Counted from the stretch's first letter, positions 1 through 10,431 are shown. The stretch: 64,000 nucleotides of DNA from Macrostomum lignano (GCA_002269645.1 NIVC01002629.1:1-64000); one strand, 5' to 3'. Notes: generated by a model from the letters alone, not told the origin. Numbers and translations: made by a program.

Positions 1-1
1 A

Positions 2-516
2 AATGTTCTGGTGGTGGGACTCGACAACAGCGGCAAGACGACCATCATCAACAAGCTGAAGCCGGCCAACGCCACCATGCAGAACATGTGTCCCGACTGT
101 TGGCTTCAACGTTGAACGCCTCGGATGAAGAATCTGCGATGACCTGGCTTTGACATGTCCGGGCAGGGCCGCTACCGCAACATGTGGGAGCACTACTACC
201 GCGACTGCGACGCCATCATCTTTGTGATTGACAGCTCGGACAAGCTGCGCTTCGTGGTGGCCAAGGACGAACTGGAACAGCTGCTGGCCCACGACGCCAT
301 CCGGACACGGGCATCCCGTTCCTGTTCTACGCCAACAAGATGGACCACAAAGATGCCCTGTCACCTGTGAAGTGCACGCAGATGCTCGGTCTGAAGGATT
401 GCCTCAGCAACAAGTCCTGGAACATCGTGCCTAGCAACGCCATCTCCGGCGAGGGCCTGCAGGCTGGAATCGACTGGCTGGCCGAGGAGGTGCGCCGGCT
501 GCCACCGAGGAAATAA
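2..516 (+). CDS. ARL6: ARL6/BBS3 small GTPase, 5'-truncated by window edge, intronless here, with ~5 frame lesions (assembly indels or pseudogene)
   Basis: Pieced frames give [99 protein letters not shown], with TAA at 514-516. These are the ARL6-type G1/G3/G4 motifs. Frame breaks lie near 89, 123, 137-145 and 310. Confidence 0.88.
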
Positions 517-538
517 CTGGTTGACTGGTCCATGACGT

Positions 539-552
539 GTTGTCATGGCAAC
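539..552. promoter_or_regulatory. RFX X-box-like palindrome
   Basis: GTTGTCATGGCAAC has one mismatch to GTTGCCATGGCAAC. It is flanked by TGACGT (533-538) and TATAAA (559-564). Confidence 0.45.
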
Positions 553-676
553 TGTGACTATAAATGCGGGGTTATTTGGTGAAATATCTAGAACTCACTT
601 GTACCCAGGAGAAGAGAGTTCAAGTTGTACACTGAAAGCTCAAAATACATGCAGCCGGATTTGGCAATCATCCGCC

Positions 677-805
677 CCCTTGACCCTGTGTCCTTCAGGC
701 TCCTCTATCCTTGACCCTGTGTCCTTCAGGCTCGGCTACCCCTTGACCCGTGTCCTTCAGGCTCCGCTACTCCTTGACCCCGTGTCATTCAGGCTTCTCT
801 ACCCC
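677..805. repeat. ~31-bp tandem repeat, ~4 copies
   Basis: Unit approximately CCTTGACCCTGTGTCCTTCAGGCTCCTCTAT. Confidence 0.85.
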
Positions 806-2694
806 TATCCGACATCTCTTCAAAGCCTTAAAATTTTGTAGTTGTTAAAATGAATTTTGTAGAAGTAAATGTTGTGTTTGCCTTTACGCTAACATTTCCT
901 GGTCTTTTATTAATTTTCTTGAGCTCTGATGTTAGTGGTGTATCCATGCTCGTGGATCCACATTTTCTAATATTTTCCTATTTTTGCTTCATTCTGTCTG
1001 TCGCTATTCCAGCCACGCCCTGCACACTTGTCTTGCTGCTCTGTGGCAGAATTCCGAAGATTTTTTAAAAAAATTTCTGCATGCATCCGCACCTCGAGTC
1101 CGTCCTGTGAGTTTCCCGGCTTTGACCTCTCTGATCAACTTGTTTTTTGGCTGGAAATTGTGTGTCACCCCGCGCCTGCCAGAGCGCCCAGAAGGTTGTC
1201 CCGGCCTGGCCTTCTTCGTACGGCGAGTCAATTTTTTTACAGAGGAGGGTTCAAAATAGTGTCAGTGCACATTGCTTCGTACTAGAAGTAGCAGCAAACT
1301 CCCCGCGTTCTAAGCTGTGCTTTTTGAGTATATTGCACATTTAGTTGTTGTGCGTGCTTTCAAGTTTGAGTTGTAATTTCTAGAATAGTTGCTGACATTC
1401 GCTGTAACTCTCTGACTGAGTTGAACTGCCAACCCACCCGATCGAGCTGGCAACTGAATTCAGTCAATTATTAACTAATAAAAATCGTAGATTTTAATCA
1501 TATTGATGAGCAAGCATTGCACTGTATTTTATTTCGCTACGATATACAGAGGGTATAAACTTAATTATTCAAATCCAGCGCGGGACTGCGGGGATAAACT
1601 TGGGTGAGCCAAGGCCAGCGGTCAGGGGAGAAACTCTTATTGGGATTTGATTTGCAGTTTGGGGCGACTTGAAATCCCTTTTACTGCTGGGCCTTTTACT
1701 CTAGAGCAGATCCCGGAGGCCAGCCCTGCCTTGCTTTGTCTTCCCGCCTGTCCCGCTGCTGCGCCTCCGCGGTTCTCAAATCCCTCATTTGGGAGTATAA
1801 GATGAGGCTTCGCTGGAGGCTGGCTACTCGGCCGTTCGCTAGTCGCCAAACTTCGAACTGCTGCCAACCCTCCGGACCTCCAGTTTCTCGGCGCTTGTTA
1901 GCCAGCCCGGCATCCCCCACCGCTGCCGGTATCTGGGGGAGAAAAATCCCGCACTAAAGCACGCGGGCTTGGCGGAGGCGAAGCAACAGCGATGGAGAGC
2001 AGCAGGGGAGCAGCTCTCGCCGCTCGCTCTCTGTTGGACACGGCGGCGAGCCACTGCGCGAGGGAGCTGGCATCCAAATTTGATTGACTCCGATCCCTGC
2101 TCTAAAAGGGGATCCCCACCCGGCGGTTTTGACGGCGAATCTCCCTGGCCGAGGCGGCGGCGGCGGCGGCAGAAGCTCGGAGAATCGGCTGTGGATCCTG
2201 CGACTTCGGCTTCGTCTGCTCCTTCGGTAAGGCGGCGCTGGCCCACCCGGCGGACGCTCCATTAAACGGGTGCGCAGTTATCCACTTGCTCCGGAGGCCT
2301 GTCAAATCCGCATCTGGGCTGGGGAGGCACCGGCGGAACTCGAGAAGCGGGGAGGGTTTGGAGGGGGGGGCACTCTGGGGATTTTTGCTTCGGCAGACAG
2401 AAAGGACAAAAACTCAGCTCGGGGATTTGGTGTCGATATATCGGCTTGCTCGGATGAGTAAAATCCGAATCGATAAGGCTGGTTTGGACACAGCCGGGAG
2501 AGGGAACTCGGGTCCCAATGGCACCCAGCATGGCCGGCCCGAATTGATTGACAGCTGCGGCTGTTCTTCAAGCGGCCGCTTCGATCTGGCCAGCCAAATG
2601 AGGCCAAAATCGGCCAGCGACACGTCATTAACCTGCAGCTTTGTGCCGGGTCAAGGACTCCTGACACGAAGCACTTGGACTAGGGAATTATATG

Positions 2695-2797
2695 TTAGTC
2701 AGTCAGCCAGTCAGTCAGTCAGTCAGTCAGTCAGTCAGTCAGTCAGTCAGTCAGTCAGTCAGTCAGTCAGTCAGTCAGTCAGTCAGTCAGTCAGTCA
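2695..2797. repeat. (CAGT)n microsatellite
   Basis: Nearly pure AGTC run. Confidence 0.97.
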
Positions 2798-3081
2798 GGG
2801 CATGCAAATCTTGGCCACGCAGCAGCAGCTCATTAGCATAATAATTGGCAACTCGATCTTGTCTAAAATAATTCCTCCAGATCCCGGGTGTAGCAACCAA
2901 TCGGATTTTTCCGAAGTTGCTGAGCTCGGAAATTACCAGCTCGTATATTTGATGCCAAGGCGAGAGCCGCTTCCGGTGTATAGAATTTCAGCAGCAGATG
3001 CAGAGTAATATTTTTATAGGAAACTTTGTTGCACTTTTTCTGCAAGTAGTCGGCGTGTTGGGCGTTGAAATCTGCGGAGTA

Positions 3082-3710
3082 GCGGAGTCCCCTGAAGGTT
3101 GGGGACTAGCGGAGTCCCCTGAAGGTTGGGGACTAGTGGAGTTCCCTGAAGGTTGGGGACTAGCGGAGTCCCCTGAAGGTTGGGGACTAGCGGAGCCCCA
3201 GGAAGGTTGGGGACTAGCGAAGTCCCCTGAAGGTTGGGGACTAGCGGAGTCCCAGGAAGGTTGGGGACTAGCGGAGCCCCAGGAAGGTTGGGGACTAGCG
3301 GAGTCCCCTGAAGGTTGGGGACTAGCGGAGTCCCCTGAAGGTTGGGGACTAGCGGAGTCCCCTGAAGGTTGGGGACTAGCGGAGTCCCCTGAAGGTTGGG
3401 GACTAGCGGAGTCCCCTGAAGGTTGGGGACTAGCGGAGTCCCCTGAAGGTTGGGGACTAGCGAAGTCCCCTGAAGGTTGGGGACTAGCGGAGTCCCCTGA
3501 AGGTTGGGGACTAGCGGAGTCCCCTGAAGGTTGGGGACTAGCGGAGTCCCCTGAAGGTTGGGGACTAGCGAAGTCAACTGAAGGTTGGGGACTAGCGAAG
3601 TCCCCTGAAGGTTGGGGACTAGCGGAGTCCCTTGAAGGTTGGGGACTAGCGGAGTCCCCTGAAGGTTGGGGACTAGCGGAGTCCCCTGAAGGTTGGGGAC
3701 TAGCGGAGCT
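3082..3710. repeat. 27-bp minisatellite with internal hairpin, ~23 copies
   Basis: Unit GCGGAGTCCCCTGAAGGTTGGGGACTA; AGTCCCC and GGGGACT are inverted repeats. Confidence 0.95.
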
Positions 3711-5436
3711 TCTGAAAGCCGCTAAAAGTCCAACACCAATTTTGTTTAAGGAGGAGTTCCTGTCTTCGACGGAGATTTATGTATTTTCGGTTTGTTTATG
3801 TTTTGGGCCGCGGGGTATGGGTTACAAACGAAACATAGCACCGATGCACAAAGGGTCTGGTTGACAGAGGTTCAAAGCGTGGTTAGACCCAATTTAGTAG
3901 GAGATGATGAAATCGAATTATTCGCCTTGCATGAGTCTCGCAGCCTCCACCCTGCATCCTGAGTCTACTTATCGCCTACAGCCCATCGATGAGGCGTGCG
4001 GATGGCCTGTGTGCCTTTGCCTGCACAAGTGTCGAGCGCTCCCATTGACGTCGATCAGATTAGGCCGCGCTGCTGTCGGCAAATCCAGCGGCGCATTAGG
4101 CAGCCCAGGCGGCTAATTACTCTCCGAACCTCCCACGGCAACCCCGCCTGTCGTTAGAGGCTTCCGTCAGCAGTCAATTTGGTCCCTGAACGCAAACTGC
4201 CTGCTGTCTGTCTGCCTGTCAGTCTGGCACTCAATTAGTGCACCCAAATCCGGGGCAGAGGCAGAGTTAGGGCTGACAGAAGCCCGGATCAAGGGGTAGA
4301 CTTGTCAGGCAGGCGTTGCAGTGGAGTGCAAGAGGAATCGGTCACCGCAAAGTTTGACTTTGACGACACAGGCGAATGGCTTGTTGGGTCAAGTTTTCCC
4401 CAATGCTGAGCAGAAAGGCAGGCTATAGACCCCCCACTTGTACTAGTTTGCTCTGTCTCCTTCAAGCCTTCACTTTCTCTTAGCTTTCAAGCGCTGTTCG
4501 CTTTCTACAGAGACACACGGGAGCAGGGCAGGCCTTCCTTCAGTTATTCAGTGCTCAAGTTGAACGCCAGCTCGCGAGTTCAGCATGGCTCTTGTCTTAT
4601 AGAATTTGCGCCGAGAACACGGGCTGTTGCTACTCCCTGCCCATAATTTAGTGCGGGATAATTATTCATTCATGCCCGGCAACAAGTGGAAAATTATATT
4701 TGCTAATAATTAGGCCTGCCCCCGCGAGTTGCGATGTCGGAAAGTACAAGGCGACAGGATTGGGACCAGAGCCACGGCAGGTCAAACTCGCCGCCGGGCT
4801 GGAGATGCGCCCCCCAACTCCCCCGCTCCCATTTTACGCTCCCATTCCTCATTCAGCTCATTTCTGACCGATTCCCGTGGCCTCCCGAAACTTGCCCACC
4901 CCCCCCCCCTCAGCCCGGCAAGCAGCCGGGAGAAGAGATGGGGAAAAAGGAAAAAGTAAAGGCGGCGGAGAGGTGGAAGCGGCGGCGGTGGCTGAAAGCG
5001 GGGGCGTCGCAGGCGGCAATCCGCTGCAGTTTGGCCGTTGCGGAGCAGAGACGAGATGGGGATCGGCGAGGGGAGGGGAGAATCTTCCCGTCTGTTCCCC
5101 TTCCCCAATCCCGACCCAGTCCTGGATTATTTATGACAGAGCTCGCGCCAGCCACTCCCAGTAACCCGGCAGATCTCCCCTTATTCACTCACTGCTAAAA
5201 TCCCAATTGCAACGCCGCTCCGCTCTCTTCTGCTCAAAGCGAGCTGCCCCCCCCGTCCCCTCGCTCTGCCCCGCTCTGGACCGGCCAGCGGGATAACTTT
5301 GCAACAAAACTGCCGCGAGCTGGGCAGGGCAGAGCGCCGCTCCCCGGCACGCGGATGACAAAGCCGTCAGCGGTGTTCACTTTGGACAGCGCGGCAGAGC
5401 AGCAGCGGCGGCGGCTGCTAATTGGCTCTAATACCG

Positions 5437-5450
5437 GTAACCTTAGCAAC
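5437..5450. promoter_or_regulatory. RFX X-box-like site next to an inverted CCAAT
   Basis: GTAACC-TT-AGCAAC fits GTNRCC-N0-3-RGYAAC. ATTGGCT lies at 5421-5427. Confidence 0.35.
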
Positions 5451-5821
5451 GGCGCTGACTTACAGTTCCTACCTGACAATGGTCAGGCCGAGGCGGCGGA
5501 GCACTTGCAGCAGCAGCCGCAGCGGCACACACGAAGCTACAAGGCATTCATCAGCCAGTGAGTTGCGCCAGCTGCTCAAAACTCGGCTGCCAAAGCCTGC
5601 AGCCGGAGCGGAAGTCTCAATTATGTGCACTTTTATCGTTTCTGAGCACCAAATTCTGATTCTAAACCTCTGAGTGCAAATCTCCAACTAGATACAGAAA
5701 AAACAAGAATTTCTCTGGTTGGACCAGAGTATGAGAAGACATTTCAAGTAGATTAAATTGGCTAGTAGAGGTATCGAACCTCCTACTAGGATGCTCAGTC
5801 TTCTTGGTGCCTTACAGGCGA

Positions 5822-6197
5822 CTCTCCGAAGGGCGATTCTCCGAGGGGCGATTCACCGAGGGGCGATTCTCGAGGGGCGATTCACCGAGGGGCGATTCTC
5901 CGAGGGGCGATTCTCCGAGGGGCGATTAAATTGAATCCAAGGGGCGATTCTCCGAGGGCGATTCTCCGAGGGGAACTTCTCCGAGGGGGGATTAAATTGA
6001 ATCCGAGGGGCGATTCTCCGAAGGGCGATTAAATTGAATCCAAGCGGCGATTCTCCGAAGGGCGATTAAATTGAATCCAAGGGGCGATTCTCCGAGGGGC
6101 GATTCTCGAGGGGCGATTCTCCGAGGGGCGATTCTCCGAGGGGCGATTCTCCGAGGGGCGATTCTCCGAGGGGCGATTCTCCGAGGGGCGATTCTCA
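5822..6197. repeat. 15-bp minisatellite with interspersed TTAAATTGAATCC variants
   Basis: Unit GAGGGGCGATTCTCC. Confidence 0.93.
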
Positions 6198-6350
6198 GAA
6201 AAACTTTTGTTTCCAATGATGCAAAAAATTTACGAGATTGTTTTTTACGTCTATGGGAACGTTCTAGACAGCCATGTACAGCTTAACAAGTCAGCTCCAT
6301 CATAAACGTCGCGACTTCCCATCCCGCCGTTGCGCAGGCGCTCCGCCGCC

Positions 6351-7444
6351 ATGTGCTGCTGCCTAGTGGACAGCATCCTGCAGCTGCCGCGGGCCTCGCC
6401 CAGCCGGCCGCAGGTCAGCCGCTACAGGCGCAGCTGGCACTGCCTGGCCGGCCTGCTCTGCGGCCTGCTGGGCCTCACCGCCGCCCAGAGCGGGGCCAGC
6501 GGCATCGGCTACCTGGTCTGCACCCGCCAGCTCGGCGGCTGCGCCTCCTTCTTGGAGCGAGACCCCTGCCTGAAGGCGGCCGTGCCGTTCTTTGTTGTCT
6601 CCCTGGTCTGGCTGAGCATCTTCTGCTCCTGCTGCTGCCAGAGCCCGAAGGCGCTGGGCGTTTTCCTCCTGGTCGGCCTGTGCGGCGAGTCCGTCCTGGC
6701 CGGCTACATGGTCGCCTTCGACCAGACTGTGCGCATCGATGATCACCTGCGCGAGCAGCTGGGGGAGGCGCTGGACGCGACCTGCGCCGGCCGTCCAACA
6801 CTGGACAGCTCGCGGCCAGGTCTCAGCTGCTTCCGGCCGTTCCGCGATGGCCTCGCCAGCTGCCGGAAGCTGGACCGGCGCCTGCCGCGGCTGTGCAACC
6901 ACACGACAGCATCAGCGACGCCTGGAAGAAGGGAAAAGCGACAGCCGCCGCCGGGTCTGGCGCTCGCCTTCCACAAGGACAACTGCATTGCCGACCTGCT
7001 CGAGGCCATCGCCGCCCGCAAGCAGCTGCACCAGGTCGTCACCTACTCGCTGCTGTTCGTCTTCGCCGGCTGTCACTTTGCTCTGGCGGTGGCTCTCTGC
7101 GGCTACGACGTCCGTCGGAAGCGGATGGAGAAAAGCCTCCGGCTCGACGGTGGCGGCGCTGGGGTCGCGGGGACAAAGAGGAGCCGGCAGCGGCAGCTCA
7201 GCAGCAGGGCAACGGCCAGATCCGCACGTTGGAGATTCACGTCAATATGGACGCTGGCACCGACCTGGTCAACACGCTGCCGCCGCGGCCTCCGCTACAT
7301 CTGCACAGACAGCAAGGAATGACGGCCTCCACGTCGGCTTCGTCTGCGACCGCCGAGGTTGCTGAGAAGGCCGCGCTGCCGCTGCTGCCAATGGTTGGCG
7401 CTGGTCGCGGCCGAGTCACTTTCGATATGGACAAGCAGATGTGA
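6351..7444 (+). CDS. Four-transmembrane tetraspanin-like membrane protein, single exon, with one frameshift in the C-terminal tail
   Basis: GCCGCCATG Kozak at 6351 and strong C/G-ending codon bias. There are four hydrophobic segments, a CSCCC cluster after TM2 and a Cys-containing large loop (..KDNCIADL..) before TM4. Coding-like bias moves to another frame at the G run 7161-7164 and ends at TGA 7442-7444. Adding one base gives 365 codons. AATAAA at 7893-7898. Confidence 0.7.
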
Positions 7445-7487
7445 AAGCGGTGTGACCGCTTCTGCGATTAGTGGGTGTGAGTGAGGA

Positions 7488-7797
7488 AAGAATCCCTGAC
7501 AGAATCCCTGACAGAATCCCTGACAGAATCCCTGACAGAATCCCTGACAGAATCCCTGACAGAATCCCTGACAGAATCCCTGACAGAATCCCTGACAGAA
7601 TCCCTGACAGAATCCCTGACAGAATCCCTGACAGAATTCCTGACAGAATCCCTGACAGAATCCCTGACCGAATCCCTGACAGAATTCCTGACAGAATCCC
7701 TTACAGAATCCCTGACAGAATCCCTGACAGAATCCCTGACAGAATCCCTGACAGAATCCCTGACATAATCTCTGACAGAATCTCTGACAGAATCTCA
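7488..7797. repeat. 12-bp minisatellite in the presumed 3' UTR
   Basis: Unit AGAATCCCTGAC, ~25 copies. Confidence 0.96.
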
Positions 7798-8251
7798 TCA
7801 GCTGTCTATTTTTTAATGGTTGCGCGGTTCCGCACTGGAAGCTTCCTATGCTATGCTTTACAAATTGAAAAACGAATCCTGTAAAAAAACTCAATAAAAA
7901 TTCATTAGAATCGCACCAACGAGAATGGGGAATCCCACCAACTGGGGCAACTGCTATCGTTTGCTGGTACAGCCCAGTCCAGTCGTCAAGTCTACGAGTG
8001 TGCAGCGAGTTTAGCAAACCGACACCCATCATTTCATTAAGTAGATTTTATCTCGCTTTTGTATTACGAGCTGCGTTACTCAGCTGAGCTTGCTTCTCGA
8101 TTTTCATTTATCGTTCACTAAATGCACATTTAGCTCGTATCAAATACATGCAAACACTTCATTCACAATACTTGCTACTTGCAGTAGCAAGAAAAGTATT
8201 TGCTTTAAAATTTAACCTCGCAGCTTATCTAGATCAAGGTGGCAGTTTATT

Positions 8252-8862
8252 GATTGAGACAAGAGTGACAGGCTGGCGGCTCATTGAATGAGACAAGAGT
8301 GACAGGCTGGGGGCTCATTAAATGAGACAAGTGAGTGACAGGCTAGGGGCTCATTGGATGAGACAAGAGTGACAGGCTGGGGGCTCATTAAATGAGACAA
8401 GTGAGTGACTGGCTAGGGCTCATTGGATGAGACAAGAGTGACAGGCTGGCAGCTCATTCACTGAGACAAGAGGACAGGCTAGCAGCTCATTGACTGAGAC
8501 AAGAGTGACAGGCTGGCGGCTCATTGACTGAGACAAGAGTGACAGGCTAGCAGCTTATTGATTGATAAGAGTGACAGGCTAGGGGCTCATTGACTGAGAC
8601 AAGAGTGACAGGCTGGCAGCTCATTGACTGAGACAAGAGTGACAGGCTAGCAGCTTATTGATTGATAAGAGTGACAGGCTAGGGGCTCATTGACTGAGAC
8701 AAGAGTGACAGGCTGGGGCTCATTAAATGAGACAAGTGAGTGACAGGCTAGGGGCTCATTGGATGAGACAAGAGTGACAGGCTGGCGGCTCATTGACTGA
8801 GACAAGAGTGACAGGCTGGCGGCTCATTGACTGAGACAAGAGTGACAGGCTGGCAGCTCATT
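8252..8862. repeat. ~34-bp minisatellite
   Basis: Unit approximately TTGACTGAGACAAGAGTGACAGGCTGGCGGCTCA. Confidence 0.93.
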
Positions 8863-9120
8863 AAATTGCTTGAAACTTGAATCACTGAATTAAAAAGCCT
8901 TTTCAAATTTCAAGAGGTCGAAAAATATTGAAACTGCAGGACTCCAGCTCCATTGGTGTTGGTGATGTGTTTCAAACTGTGTATTTAGAACTGCGCCACT
9001 AGCCAGAAACACAATTACAATTGCAATTCGTCAATTTAGGTGCATTTAGAAAATGGAAACTGAGTTTTGCAACAAACAGCAGGTGCGCTAGCAGTCCTGG
9101 CCAGCCCAATTTAATTACTA

Positions 9121-9177
9121 GCCCGCCCAGCCTGTTGTCACGTGACCACGTCAGACGCGATTAGTTGCCATGACGAC
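9121..9177. promoter_or_regulatory. Compact cluster: GC box, palindromic E-box, CRE half-site and X-box
   Basis: GCCCGCCC 9121-9128; GTCACGTGAC 9137-9146; ACGTCA 9148-9153; GTTGCCATGACGAC 9164-9177. Confidence 0.4.
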
Positions 9178-9212
9178 AGTTCCCTACATCGGTATAACAA
9201 ATATTTAGATAT

Positions 9213-9418
9213 TTTATTGAATTAGCAAAGCGGAATTGGTTAATGTCAAATTTAAAATTGCTATTTACAAAAACTGAAGAACGGAAATTGAAATGAAATG
9301 ATTGATTAGAATATGAAGATAAATGTGGCTTATGGTTATGATTTATCAATAATAAATGAGTAGAAAAGGACAGTAAAATGCGAGGGTTTATGAGATAAAA
9401 TGAAATGAAATATTTACA
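9213..9418 (-). promoter_or_regulatory. nanos 3' UTR elements: two Pumilio response elements, a CPE-like motif and a poly(A) signal
   Basis: On the minus strand: UGUAAAUA at 9418-9411 and 9269-9262, UUUUAU at 9400-9395, AAUAAA at 9218-9213. Confidence 0.6.
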
Positions 9419-9539
9419 ATTGGGATTTTGTTAAAAAACCAAAAAAGCAGAATAGAAACAGTTTGTGAAGACAATGCACACCAATTCGCAATTAATTTGT
9501 TTAAATTTCTCGAGCAACTTTGTTAAAATCATTTTTTAG

Positions 9540-9986
9540 CTACGCTTGGCCTGACTCCAGACTCTGCCGCCGCCGCCGCCGCCGCCCCGCGCCTGGCGAC
9601 CCGTTGCCAACCGGGCAGTACTTGACGGTGTGCGCGCCGTCCCGGTGGCGTGGCAGATCGGGCACTCGTAGCTCTGCAGCACCGGGCAGACGACGTCCCC
9701 GTTGCCGTCCTTGACGGTGTGGCCGCGGTAGAACGACTCGGGCTCGTTGTTCTTCTTGCAGAACACGCACAGCACTGGGCGGTAGGGCCGGCGCTCGTGC
9801 TTCTGCAGGATGGCCCGAAGCTGCTCGTGCTGCTGAGGGGCTCCGACGGGCAGCAGCGGCTGGAGGAACGACTTCGGCTTCGGGCTCGGGTCGATGCTAG
9901 CGGCGACGCTGCTGCCGCTATCGGCGCTATAGGTGCCCTGCACCAGCACCGGCTCGCTGCTGCATGGCGGGTGGTGACCGGACGGA
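9540..9986 (-). CDS. nanos: Nanos exon 2 with (CCHC)2 zinc-finger domain; single-base frameshift in finger 2
   Basis: CVFCKKNNEPESFYRGHTVKDGNGDVVCPVLQSYECPICHATG, then AHTVKYCP in the adjacent frame. Restoring one base in the C run at 9641-9643 gives TGDGAHTVKYCP. Acceptor CTGATCTTTCATCACTCCAG ends at 9987; TAG at 9542-9540. Confidence 0.93.
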
Positions 9987-10192
9987 CTGGAGTGATGAAA
10001 GATCAGCACCAGCAGGATGTCAACATGTCAAAGTTGTTAAAGCCTAAATCTGCACTCTATAGACTACATACATTTGTAGTTGTCATTTACACTTGTGCCA
10101 ATATGACAGTTACTAAATAACTGGTATGATTCTATTCTACTCATATCATATCATGGAATATAAACCGAGTCAGCATATTTAAAAATATTTAC

Positions 10193-10260
10193 CTGTCCTT
10201 CTGCAAAGCCAGAAACAGTAGCTGCAGCTGCAGCTCGATTTCGTATGGAAATTCTGACAT
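10193..10260 (-). CDS. nanos: Nanos exon 1 (MSEFPYEIELQLQLLFLALQKD)
   Basis: ATG at 10260 and donor AG|GTAAAT at 10192. The phase-2 end matches the acceptor at 9987 (206-nt intron). Total CDS is 515+1 nt = 172 codons. Confidence 0.7.
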
Positions 10261-10390
10261 AATTGAACAAAAAATGCTGGTTGATAAATGATTACAGTTT
10301 TGCTACAGTTGAACTATGGGCAGAGCAGCAGGGTGGATGGAATAGAAAGGAATTGAGAAAACTCCCAAGGTTTAAGTCAAGGTTTACCCG

Positions 10391-10431
10391 CCAATCAATC
10401 CGTGCCTCCCCCTCCCGGTCGGTGATTGGCT
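10391..10431 (-). promoter_or_regulatory. Paired CCAAT boxes upstream of nanos
   Basis: CCAATC at 10391-10396 and GATTGGCT at 10424-10431, about 130-170 nt upstream of the ATG. Confidence 0.35.

Noticed and set aside
2286-3008. 240-aa ORF through the CAGT microsatellite
   Set aside because: Non-ATG start, no recognisable homology and no consistent codon bias.
3082-3710. CRISPR-like palindromic direct repeats
   Set aside because: Units are head-to-tail with no unique spacers, there are no cas genes, and the context is eukaryotic.
2998-3864. 288-aa ORF (AESPEGWGL)n
   Set aside because: It is open only because the 27-bp unit is a multiple of 3 and lacks stops; no domain or convincing start.
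9630-9650. Programmed ribosomal frameshift in nanos
   Set aside because: No X XXY YYZ slippery heptamer; the same single-base homopolymer loss occurs in neighbouring genes.
9650-10120. 156-aa plus-strand ORF
   Set aside because: Antisense shadow of the GC-rich nanos CDS.
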